From the IMG/VR virus record IMGVR_UViG_2920817954_000001, positions 1 to 39,253 of that record: DNA of 39,253 bases; one strand, written 5' to 3'. This DNA comes from a virus. A program made the position numbers and the translations under genes. Positions 17,500 to 24,776 of this stretch are shown here, in pieces (position 1 is the stretch's first letter; each line of letters opens with the position of its first letter). The notes beneath the pieces were generated by a model. The model was not told where the DNA came from. It worked only from the letters and a program-made list of their open reading frames with translations, and made no database searches.

Positions 17500-17925
17500 T
17501 CATGAGTTGGACCCGTCCGCGCATTCATCCCAATACGTCATCTCCTCGTCTGCGATGTCGATTGCAGAGGCGCGCGACCAGTCGTAGTCGGGGTGACCGA
17601 AGGGCACGCCCATGCCCTTCACAGCATCCAAAGCAAGCTTGTAGCTTTCATGCTTCGACAGGCTTAGGTCACGGTGACCAAACCGTCGCGCAATTGCTGT
17701 CAGGAAGGTTGAGAGGTTTGTGCCTTCGGGGGATTTCAGAACCTCGGCCTGCCATGAAATCTCCTGCCTCGGCCCAACCTTTTTCGCGTCCCATTCAGCG
17801 GGAGTTGGCAGACGATTCATTCGATACTTGCGTGGTCGGCTCTCCAGTATCTCAAAGCACTGACCGCACACCCACCCACCAAGGTGACGCACATTGTCTC
17901 CGTGGAGGTGCTTGCAGGCCGTCAC
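17500..17925 (-). CDS. hypothetical protein adjacent to attP (141 aa)
   Basis: GTG start with a GGGAGGG RBS. First gene of the cargo operon beyond attP. Confidence 0.55.
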   Translation of the reverse strand: MTACKHLHGDNVRHLGGWVCGQCFEILESRPRKYRMNRLPTPAEWDAKKVGPRQEISWQAEVLKSPEGTNLSTFLTAIARRFGHRDLSLSKHESYKLALDAVKGMGVPFGHPDYDWSRASAIDIADEEMTYWDECADGSNS

Positions 17926-17952
17926 ACCGCCCTCCCGAAACCGGAGAGGTAT

Positions 17953-17983
17953 CTGTTACGCGTAACGGTTTGAAACTTTTCAA
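17953..17983. promoter_or_regulatory. palindromes CTGTTAC-GC-GTAACGG (17953-17968) and TTGAAA-CT-TTTCAA (17970-17983) flanking attP
   Basis: Read directly from the sequence. The first shares CTGTTAC-N2-GTAAC with the site at 18116-18131. Confidence 0.5.
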
Positions 17984-18048
17984 CCCGCTTTGAGCGCGAA
18001 CAAAACAAGGGGAATTTGCGGAACAGAGGGTGAAACAGCACCCTGTGA

Positions 18049-18098
18049 CTGCCCTCCGAAGGCAGAGGCCAGAGGTTCGAATCCTCTAGGGTCCGCCA
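18049..18098 (+). other. attP core candidate: 3' portion of a tRNA-Arg(CCG) gene
   Basis: Anticodon arm CTGCC-CTCCGAA-GGCAG, variable AGGCC, T-arm AGAGG-TTCGAAT-CCTCT, acceptor 3' strand AGGGTCC, G, CCA. No D-arm or proper 5' acceptor. Lies 295 nt from the integrase stop. Confidence 0.7.
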
Positions 18099-18115
18099 CT
18101 TTTTCGCGTTAATAG

Positions 18116-18131
18116 CTGTTACACGTAACAG
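18116..18131. promoter_or_regulatory. palindrome CTGTTAC-AC-GTAACAG on the other side of attP
   Basis: Same half-sites as 17953-17968, 163 bp apart. Candidate Int/Xis/host-factor arm site. Confidence 0.45.
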
Positions 18132-18139
18132 AAACCCCA

Positions 18140-18379
18140 TTATTTACTCCCTTTTTGGTCTGCTGAACGCGGAACTGTTTGCGACTTTAAAGCGTCTTGA
18201 AGCGCCCGTGCGCAGCCCCTTGAAACGTCTAACGTAAAACCGTCTGAATACGTGATGCGCCCGCTCTCAGCACGGGGTGCGCCGCCACAAGGGTTAGTGC
18301 CCACCTCCTTGACGAACCGAATACCTTCAATATCAATCAGCACGTCGCCAAATTTTTCTTTGTACCGGAAGTACGACAT
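18140..18379 (-). CDS. hypothetical protein between int and attP (79 aa)
   Basis: The ATG at 18379 has an AAGGAGGG RBS. It lies inside track ORF 18140..18487. Confidence 0.5.
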   Translation of the reverse strand: MSYFRYKEKFGDVLIDIEGIRFVKEVGTNPCGGAPRAESGRITYSDGFTLDVSRGCARALQDALKSQTVPRSADQKGSK

Positions 18380-18392
18380 TGGACCCTCCTTT

Positions 18393-19424
18393 TCACCGCT
18401 TTCTCTCCACTGCATCCAGCGCCGACGCCATGTAATCGGTCGCGTGGTGTCCATAGGTCTTTTCAATCGTCTGCTGGCTGGTCGCAAAGAACCCGGCCAC
18501 GTCCCATGTTTTCGCGCCGTTCTGCAACGCCCATGTAATGGCCGTGTGTTTCAGCGTGTGGGGTGTCACGCCTTCCAGGCCAGCATCCCCCACGATCCGC
18601 GCGAAAGAGCGCTTCACGTCGCCTATGCGCAGTCCCTCGTACTCAACTGCCCAGCGTGCCCCGGAGGCTTTCCAGCGGCGCAGGTGGCCCAGTAGCTGGC
18701 GCGGTATCGGGGCAGGGGTTCTGCGCTTCTTTGTCTCGCGCTCACCATCTCCCATGCGGAACATGATACCGCGCTCAAGGTCAAACCACCCACCCACGGT
18801 GGAGGGCTCAAATCCCATTCGCAGAATCGCGTCCTTCCGGGTGCCGGTATAAAGCCCGATCAGTACAAACCGCGCTAGGTGCTTCGTCTTGTGTCCCCTG
18901 TAGGCTGTCCAGACAAGCCGCGCGGCCTCCTCACGGGTCAGCCAGCGCTCACGGGACTTGGGGGCCTCTGGCAGCGTCACCAGCGGCGCGGAGGTCACGT
19001 ATCCCTCGCGGTTCGCATAGTTCATAGCGGCTTGCAGTGTGCCCAGTTCGCGCCGAACCGTGCCGGGCGACTTGTCGCGCCACTTCGCATAACGGCGGCA
19101 TGTCTCACCTTTGACGTGGGTCAGCTTCAGATCCGCCCAGAACGGCAGCAGCGCATCAATGGCGTAACCGATACGTTCCGGCGCTGCGACTGTTGGGGCG
19201 TATTCCTCGGCGTACACGGTCAATGCTTCTCCGCAGGTGTAGTTTTCCGGCTCAGTGGCAGCACCTGACCGCCCTTTGGTTGCGATGTAGGCCCCGAGCG
19301 CTTTTTCAGCTTCTGCGCGGCTTGTGCAGCCCGTGCTGCGGTCGGGTTTGCCTGTGTCCCGGATGTAGAAGTGCGGTCGGTGTTTGAATTTGTGGAGCCG
19401 GGCTCCTTTGGCTGGTCTCGGCAT
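18393..19424 (-). CDS. int: tyrosine integrase
   Basis: 343 aa. C-terminal catalytic region has HTLKHTAITW and TYGHH (Tyr). Adjacent to the tRNA-derived attP. Confidence 0.93.
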   Translation of the reverse strand: MPRPAKGARLHKFKHRPHFYIRDTGKPDRSTGCTSRAEAEKALGAYIATKGRSGAATEPENYTCGEALTVYAEEYAPTVAAPERIGYAIDALLPFWADLKLTHVKGETCRRYAKWRDKSPGTVRRELGTLQAAMNYANREGYVTSAPLVTLPEAPKSRERWLTREEAARLVWTAYRGHKTKHLARFVLIGLYTGTRKDAILRMGFEPSTVGGWFDLERGIMFRMGDGERETKKRRTPAPIPRQLLGHLRRWKASGARWAVEYEGLRIGDVKRSFARIVGDAGLEGVTPHTLKHTAITWALQNGAKTWDVAGFFATSQQTIEKTYGHHATDYMASALDAVERKR

Positions 19425-19576
19425 TTTTTCAATAACTCCGGTATGCGGTCACGTTCCAGGCGGATAGCGCGACCCATGCGAACAAGGAAGCCGTGCTTTT
19501 CTGCTGCGGTTCTCAGGCTGGACTTTGGTATGCCAAGCTCTTTTGCAATAACTTCGATACGGCAAAGCTGCGTCAT
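19220..19576 (-). CDS. xis: excisionase/AlpA-like HTH protein
   Basis: N-terminal segment IEVIAKELGIPKSSLRTAAEKHGFLVRMGRAIRLERDRIPELL. GGGAGA RBS. The low-complexity tail overlaps int by 205 nt in another frame. Confidence 0.55.
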   Translation of the reverse strand: MTQLCRIEVIAKELGIPKSSLRTAAEKHGFLVRMGRAIRLERDRIPELLKKCRDQPKEPGSTNSNTDRTSTSGTQANPTAARAAQAAQKLKKRSGPTSQPKGGQVLPLSRKTTPAEKH

Positions 19577-19579
19577 TAC

Positions 19580-19894
19580 TCAGTCTCCCTCTGGGGCGAT
19601 CACAAGGCCAAGCTCGCGCATTTCTGCTATAGCCTCTCTGGCCCAATACTTTGCATGCCTGCCTTGCGGCGCGCGTTCGGTCGAATGAAAGTCCAGCGGG
19701 TCAGGGTCCATTATCCACTCAAGGGAAATATCCAACAGCCCGCACAGTTTCAGGAGCTTACGACTGTCAGGCATTGCGCGGTCGTGTTCCCACTTCATGA
19801 CAGCCTGAGCCGTGCACCCGCACTCTTTAGCAACGTCAGCCATGCTCAGTTGCGCTCGGGCCCTTGCTACTCTTAATCGTTCGCCCAGCATCAT
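19580..19894 (-). CDS. XRE-family HTH regulator
   Basis: LGERLRVARARAQLSMADVAKECGCTAQAVMKWE matches the Cro/CI-type HTH pattern. Confidence 0.8.
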   Translation of the reverse strand: MMLGERLRVARARAQLSMADVAKECGCTAQAVMKWEHDRAMPDSRKLLKLCGLLDISLEWIMDPDPLDFHSTERAPQGRHAKYWAREAIAEMRELGLVIAPEGD

Positions 19895-20256
19895 AAATCC
19901 CCCGATTGAAATTCGCGGATACGCTCAATGACATCGTTGAAATAAGACACGCGCCCGATTGCCATAGGCGCGATGCCTCCTACTGCTCTGTGTTTCTCGA
20001 CATCAAAGCCGAGCTCACAGGCCGTAACGAGCGCCTTTTCAGCATCCTTGAGCAGTTCAGCGGCTCGGCCCTCGGTGGCGCGGGTGTTCCAAGCCTCAGC
20101 GAGGCGTTCATGCGCCTCAGGCATGCCACCCTTACCGTGGTAGCGAACAAACCCGACGCCGCAAGATCCGCAGCACAAGCTGGCACCGTCGCGCGCATAT
20201 CCATAGCCGATACCGTCATGCGCACCACAGAACGGGCAGGGTTTCAGATCAGCCAT
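19891..20256 (-). CDS. lar: Lar-family restriction-alleviation-like protein with C-terminal extension
   Basis: KPCPFCG...CCGSCG...AEAWNTRA matches the remembered Lar family pattern. The ATG at 20256 has a GGGGGA RBS. Confidence 0.65.
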   Translation of the reverse strand: MADLKPCPFCGAHDGIGYGYARDGASLCCGSCGVGFVRYHGKGGMPEAHERLAEAWNTRATEGRAAELLKDAEKALVTACELGFDVEKHRAVGGIAPMAIGRVSYFNDVIERIREFQSGDL

Positions 20257-20614
20257 CTGCATCCCCCTTTGCAATCAGGGCTTTCAGGATGGCGACCAAC
20301 CAAGCGCGGGCCTCGTCTTCCAAGTCGCCTTCGAATTGCGGGAACCCACCTTTGTGCAGCGATACTGTCACTCCCCACTCAGGCACAGTCGCGTCAACGC
20401 TGCGGGTGTAGTCTGGCAGTAGCGCCTCATGCAGTGCCTTGGCCGCGTCGAGAGAGCCGTTAAAGGCATCTAGGGCGCGCGCATGGTACAGGCTCCAGAC
20501 GCCCCCCTCAAAGGCGTCGTGGAACTTAAGCCACATATCGTCGCCATCTCCAGATGCAAGCCATTCACCCGCCTCTACGCACTGCAAAATTGCTTTCATA
20601 TGCTCTGTGCTCAT
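20249..20614 (-). CDS. hypothetical protein (121 aa)
   Basis: AGGGGGA RBS. Ends in ...IAKGDADG. Confidence 0.6.
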   Translation of the reverse strand: MSTEHMKAILQCVEAGEWLASGDGDDMWLKFHDAFEGGVWSLYHARALDAFNGSLDAAKALHEALLPDYTRSVDATVPEWGVTVSLHKGGFPQFEGDLEDEARAWLVAILKALIAKGDADG

Positions 20615-21054
20615 AAGGCATCCCCCTTTGCGAGTGCGGCTTCACGGGAAAGCCAAGCGTCGTATGACCAATTATCGTTCAGCGTGTTGGTTATAAAGTC
20701 GACCGTGGTCTCCGCCGGGGTTTCCTGATGCCAGAGAATGTCGTTCACAGGCCCGCGACATATCTCTTCCCGAACTTCTCTCAGCGCCTGCTCCAGTTCC
20801 TTCACGCGGGCGGTGAGGATTTCGACGGGGTCAGGCCCTGAGAAAGCGTATTCATACCAAGGGTCGCCACGCTCCGGTGCAATCCCCTCTGCGTCAATGT
20901 GCTGGTCGGGATCGTATCCGCCGGGGATTTCCCAGATAAGGCCGTGTTTCAGCGCTGCGTCAAACAGGTCAGCCCCGTCAATATCGCCAACAGGCCAATC
21001 CTCCAAAAGATGACGCCCGAAGCCTTCCCAATCCGGTCCTTTGCGATCACCCAT
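20611..21054 (-). CDS. hypothetical protein (147 aa)
   Basis: The ATG at 21054 has a GGAGG RBS and lies inside track ORF 20611..21174. Ends in ...LAKGDAL. Confidence 0.55.
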   Translation of the reverse strand: MGDRKGPDWEGFGRHLLEDWPVGDIDGADLFDAALKHGLIWEIPGGYDPDQHIDAEGIAPERGDPWYEYAFSGPDPVEILTARVKELEQALREVREEICRGPVNDILWHQETPAETTVDFITNTLNDNWSYDAWLSREAALAKGDAL

Positions 21055-21220
21055 TGTCGGCCTCCAGTTCTGCCAGCTTGGTGCGGCATTCATCGATAAC
21101 GCACCTGAAACATAGGCATGGTTGGTTGTGAAAGTCCGCCGTTCGCATGGGGTTTGCTGCGTCGTATGCGGCAATCACCTTCTCCAGCAGATCCCGCAGC
21201 GCCTGTGTCTGGTCAGTCAT
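21047..21220 (-). CDS. hypothetical small protein (57 aa)
   Basis: The ATG at 21220 has a GGAGACGACA context and lies inside track ORF 21047..21334. Confidence 0.45.
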   Translation of the reverse strand: MTDQTQALRDLLEKVIAAYDAANPMRTADFHNQPCLCFRCVIDECRTKLAELEADNG

Positions 21221-21530
21221 TGTCGTCTCCCTTGCGGATGGCGGTTTCCAGCGCTCGCACCACGTCATTAACGCCACTGCAGTAATCGCTCCCAGCTTCG
21301 CGCACTTCGTAGTGGTCTCTGGGCTTGAGTTCACGGGCCTCTCTGATCAGCCTCTCACGCTCTGCCAGTACAGCGGCTTCCTTCTCGGCCTCGGCTATGT
21401 CGGTGCGGATGTATTGGGCGTTGGAAAACTCATTCTCTGAACCGCGCACATCCAAAAAGGCGGTGTAGTAGCTGGTGCCGATCCATTGTGCGGAGGCACT
21501 GATCCGCTCCGGCGCGCTATCGGTGGTCAT
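21213..21530 (-). CDS. hypothetical protein (105 aa)
   Basis: ATGA-coupled to the upstream gene. Confidence 0.6.
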   Translation of the reverse strand: MTTDSAPERISASAQWIGTSYYTAFLDVRGSENEFSNAQYIRTDIAEAEKEAAVLAERERLIREARELKPRDHYEVREAGSDYCSGVNDVVRALETAIRKGDDND

Positions 21531-21688
21531 GGCTGGTCCTCCGAAAGCATCCTTTTGACGTGCTCATGGACGCTGCCAACGCTGTCTTCCCATGCGTACT
21601 TAAGGGCGAGCGGCTGCTCTCTCAGCCATGAGTAGGGGAATACGAAACCCGCAAGTGCGTACATCGCTGCAATCTTTATCCAGATCAT
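21527..21688 (-). CDS. small membrane protein (53 aa)
   Basis: The ATG at 21688 is ATGA-coupled with a GGGGAGGA RBS. Hydrophobic segment IKIAAMYALAGFVF. Confidence 0.45.
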   Translation of the reverse strand: MIWIKIAAMYALAGFVFPYSWLREQPLALKYAWEDSVGSVHEHVKRMLSEDQP

Positions 21689-22101
21689 CCCCGGTCCTCC
21701 CCTTTGGTGAGGGCGCGGAGGGCGGCCTCGTTCGGTCCGGAAATCTCGTAACTCGCCTGCAAACTTTTGCCATGACGGTTGATCCACACCTGAAAGAAGT
21801 CGCCACCTCTGGTCAGCCCCAGAAAGAAACCGTCCTTAGACATCTGCTCTAGGTGCGCGGTGCAGTTTGAGAATACGATTTCGTCAAGAATGCCGTGGCT
21901 CTCGGCGATGTCAGGTGGGTTCAGTTGAATCCTGTCCGCCGCCTCTGCCACGGTGTGCGGTTGCAGGGATGCGAGGGCAGCACGGGCTTGATCCATGTAG
22001 CGCAGCCTTTGAAACTCCATGAGGTAATCCCAAGGCTCAGCGATGCACGAAGCGCCGTGTATCGCACGCGCCACCCGCTCTACTGTCTCTGCGTCTGTCA
22101 T
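21685..22101 (-). CDS. hypothetical protein (138 aa)
   Basis: ATGA-coupled at both ends. Confidence 0.6.
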   Translation of the reverse strand: MTDAETVERVARAIHGASCIAEPWDYLMEFQRLRYMDQARAALASLQPHTVAEAADRIQLNPPDIAESHGILDEIVFSNCTAHLEQMSKDGFFLGLTRGGDFFQVWINRHGKSLQASYEISGPNEAALRALTKGEDRG

Positions 22102-22322
22102 TGGGTGGTCTCCGATGACGCGATTCCCACGAAGTCCTTTTCAACCGTGTTCACACAATCACGTAGCGCATTCAAAACTTCAGAGAGGTCATTGTCCCAA
22201 TGGTCCTGAATGTCCTCTTTCACCGCGTCCCGCACGCGAATGAGTGTTTTGACGCTGGCGGTTATTTCCAATGTGACCTTTACGGACTCCGGGTCTTTCA
22301 CTCTGATTATTGCTTTGTGCAT
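22098..22322 (-). CDS. hypothetical protein (74 aa)
   Basis: The ATG at 22322 has a GGAGAG RBS and lies inside track ORF 22098..22340. Confidence 0.55.
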   Translation of the reverse strand: MHKAIIRVKDPESVKVTLEITASVKTLIRVRDAVKEDIQDHWDNDLSEVLNALRDCVNTVEKDFVGIASSETTQ

Positions 22323-22365
22323 ATCGCTCTCTCCAAACACTCAGGGCACCCCGCCCACTCGTTAC

Positions 22366-22539
22366 TCATTGCCTTGGGTTATCCGCAGCTTCTTTAACCG
22401 GCGGGGTGGCCAGAAGGTTTACTATTTCGTCTTCGTCGTAGAACTGCAGGCAATCCAATTCAGTACATTGGAAAGTAACGCCTAATTCGTCTTCGCGCCG
22501 GTCCAGCTCAGACCCACATGCTGGGCACTCTTCCGGCAT
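22366..22539 (-). CDS. zinc-ribbon small protein (57 aa, below ORF-track cutoff)
   Basis: Translation begins MPEECPACGSELDRREDELGVTFQCTELDC. TGATG coupling to the Ref-like gene. Confidence 0.5.
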   Translation of the reverse strand: MPEECPACGSELDRREDELGVTFQCTELDCLQFYDEDEIVNLLATPPVKEAADNPRQ

Positions 22540-22874
22540 CAAAAGTCCACCTCTCCAATTTGCGCCGCGACCTGCGGCAGATATTCGTAATCAAACCCGT
22601 GCTTTTCGGCCCACTTTTTCTTGCCGTTGTGGATAGCCTCCGGGCCGTCCTGATGATGCGCCTTGCACAAGGGTATGGTTTGCTTGTCAGGAGCCCTGCG
22701 ATGCCCGTAGCGCCCGTGTATGACGTGGTGAGCGTCTGAGGGGGCAGGAGCGCCACAGATCACGCAGGGAAGCTGCTTGACCCGTTTCATCCAGTCTTTA
22801 CCGGCGCGCTTTTCCGCAGCGGTCAGCTTTTCAGGCTTCTCGAACGGCGGGCGCATGGGGGCTATGCGGCTCAT
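22539..22874 (-). CDS. ref: Ref-like (DUF968/HNH-type) recombination-enhancement nuclease
   Basis: LPCVICG...DAHHV...IPLCKAHH...AIH pattern, as in P1 Ref-family nucleases (from memory). Confidence 0.55.
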   Translation of the reverse strand: MSRIAPMRPPFEKPEKLTAAEKRAGKDWMKRVKQLPCVICGAPAPSDAHHVIHGRYGHRRAPDKQTIPLCKAHHQDGPEAIHNGKKKWAEKHGFDYEYLPQVAAQIGEVDF

Positions 22875-23386
22875 GCTGCGCCTCTTTTGTAAAAATCCGT
22901 TGCACTCTCTGAGGCGAAGGCAGGAGCATCCTTGCCGCGCTTACAGAGCCGGTCATAAAGAACCACGTTCACAGTGGCGGCCAAATTCATGCACGTCCGC
23001 GTCGGCACATAAACAACGTGCTGTGCGCGTTCAGTCACTGACTTGCCAAGAGTCCCATCTTCAGGGCCGAATACATAGACAGCCTTTTCGGGGTGCTGGA
23101 AAGCAGGCAGGGGCTTTGCCCCATCAATCAAATCCACCGCCACAACAGGGCAATCAAACGGCAGGTATTCCAGCGGATCAGAGACCCTGAAAACAGGAGT
23201 GTGTCGGTGCGCGCGCGGTGTATTCGTGGCGTGGTTTATGGCCTTACCCATCCAATTCCAGCACGTTCTGCGTCCTGCAATATTGACCTGCGACACGCCA
23301 TAGGCATAGGAGGCGCGCAACACGCCGCCCACGTTCTCAGGTGTCTTTGGGTTAAACAGTGATATGCAGGAAAACCCTCTGCTCAT
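22871..23386 (-). CDS. SPOUT (SpoU/TrmH/TrmL-type) RNA 2'-O-methyltransferase
   Basis: Three SpoU motifs: NPKTPENVGGVLRASYAYGV, VYVFGPEDGTLG and VYVPTRTCMNLAATVNVVLYD. The ATG at 23386 has a GGAGGGAAG RBS. Confidence 0.8.
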   Translation of the reverse strand: MSRGFSCISLFNPKTPENVGGVLRASYAYGVSQVNIAGRRTCWNWMGKAINHATNTPRAHRHTPVFRVSDPLEYLPFDCPVVAVDLIDGAKPLPAFQHPEKAVYVFGPEDGTLGKSVTERAQHVVYVPTRTCMNLAATVNVVLYDRLCKRGKDAPAFASESATDFYKRGAA

Positions 23387-23414
23387 TTGCTTCCCTCCGG
23401 GACAGTTAAACGGC

Positions 23415-23801
23415 TCATGCTTTTGCCTCATCTGACCAAACCACGCCTTGCTCATCACCCCACTGGATAATGAACGTGATCAGGTCAGCCATCTGAGAAA
23501 CACTGAGGCGGCTGGACCTGAAACCCATCGGGAAGGGGTCGCCATCAAGGCCGATTGCAAAAGTGACTTCGTGTTCACAGGCTTTCATGAAAACCGCCTT
23601 CCAGTATTCTCTGTCTCGCTTCTGTCCGCCCAGCTCCTTTTGCTTGGAAACGTCATTCAGCATCGCCCACAGCTTAGAATTCTGCTGGTTCGTCCTTGTG
23701 GGCTTTGTGAAAATCACGCTCACGCCATCTTCAGCGACACCTATCCAGTGCTTGGCGCGAGCGCGCGTTTCCGGGTTTATGAGGCGGACGGTGGCGGCCA
23801 T
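23415..23801 (-). CDS. ninB: NinB/Orf recombination mediator
   Basis: QQNSKLWAMLNDVSKQ and SSRLSVSQMADLITFIIQWGDEQGVVWSDEA align with lambda NinB (DQNRKLWACLGDVSRQ; TSRMRVGEFAELLELIQAFGTERGVKWSDEA). Confidence 0.88.
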   Translation of the reverse strand: MAATVRLINPETRARAKHWIGVAEDGVSVIFTKPTRTNQQNSKLWAMLNDVSKQKELGGQKRDREYWKAVFMKACEHEVTFAIGLDGDPFPMGFRSSRLSVSQMADLITFIIQWGDEQGVVWSDEAKA

Positions 23802-24286
23802 TATTTCCGCCCCTTAGCGCGGGCGCTGTTTTCGCCGGTCTTGCTTCGGCAGTACTCCAGATAGCCGGGCGCGTTCATATTTTCTTTTTGTGTGCCCCAG
23901 CGAAGGTTTTCAGGTCTGTTGTTTAGTGCATTTTCGTCCTTGTGGATCACCACCGCGCCTTCAAACGGTTTCGGGCCGTGGAAAGCCTCGCAGACCAGTT
24001 GGTGTACCTTTCTTGGGGCCTGCCTGTTGCCCTCACCGTAGCGCCGCAACATGATGTTGTAATACTGATGCCTGGCTTGTTTGTGAGATTTGCAAACAGA
24101 CCCTACGCGCGGTTTGGTCTTGTAGCTCCTGAAGCCGCCGTTTTCTAACGGGGCATTACACGGGGCTTGCAGTATTCTCCCGTGAGAGCTCGCCAAAACG
24201 CCCGGCTCACTCGGGACGTGACGCCAAATTTCTCTTTCTGGATATTGAAGATAGTCCGCCAAAGCGGTTACATGATTTTCAGCCAT
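23801..24286 (-). CDS. HNH homing-type endonuclease (NUMOD4 + HNH_3-like)
   Basis: VHQLVCEAFHG...VVIHKDENALNNRPENLRWGTQKEN. The ATG at 24286 has a GGAGGG RBS. The track ORF extends to 24376. Confidence 0.8.
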   Translation of the reverse strand: MAENHVTALADYLQYPEREIWRHVPSEPGVLASSHGRILQAPCNAPLENGGFRSYKTKPRVGSVCKSHKQARHQYYNIMLRRYGEGNRQAPRKVHQLVCEAFHGPKPFEGAVVIHKDENALNNRPENLRWGTQKENMNAPGYLEYCRSKTGENSARAKGRK

Positions 24287-24407
24287 TTTCGCCCTCCAAC
24301 GGCGCATTTGGTTAGGCAGGTGACGAGTGCGGGAACACCCGATGCCTGCCGCTTTATTGTATTGAAAATCATGCATTTACGCAACCTTTACGGGGTATCT
24401 CATCGCC

Positions 24408-24776
24408 CTAAAACGGGATCGAATCCGAGTCAAAGTCATCTTGCACAGGTGCCTGCCGTGCGGGGTCAGCGTGGCCGGTCTGCTGGCGCTCACCCATTGG
24501 CGTAAAGTCCTGCGCATTCACTTGCAGGTACGTCTTGCCGTTGTATTCACGGGTGGACAGGTCACCGGAAACAGCCAGCTTCGCGCCCTTCCTTGCAAAC
24601 TGAGCAAGGGTTTCCCCGCGCTTGCCCCACATGGACACGTCAAACCAGATTGTGCTGCGCTCGCGCCCGTCATAGTGGCTGACACCGATTGATACGCTGG
24701 TGACCTTCTGGCCGCTCTGAGTGGTGCGGGTCTCTGCGTCTTTGCCGCAGTTTCCTGCAATGGTGATGGTTTTCAT
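24408..24776 (-). CDS. ssb: single-stranded DNA-binding protein
   Basis: OB-fold pattern (IAGNCGKDAETRTTQSGQKVTSVSIGV...WFDVSMWGKRGE) and an acidic tip DDFDSDSIPF. Confidence 0.85.
   Translation of the reverse strand: MKTITIAGNCGKDAETRTTQSGQKVTSVSIGVSHYDGRERSTIWFDVSMWGKRGETLAQFARKGAKLAVSGDLSTREYNGKTYLQVNAQDFTPMGERQQTGHADPARQAPVQDDFDSDSIPF

Noticed and set aside
16953-17993. A 346-aa + strand ORF, the longest ORF in this region.
   Set aside because: It is Arg/Pro/Ser-rich and runs antisense across five coupled minus-strand genes that have good RBSs. This is a typical GC-rich shadow frame.
17922-18140. A 72-aa minus-strand ORF across the attP region.
   Set aside because: It covers the tRNA-Arg fragment and the palindromes, has no RBS, and is more likely non-coding att DNA.
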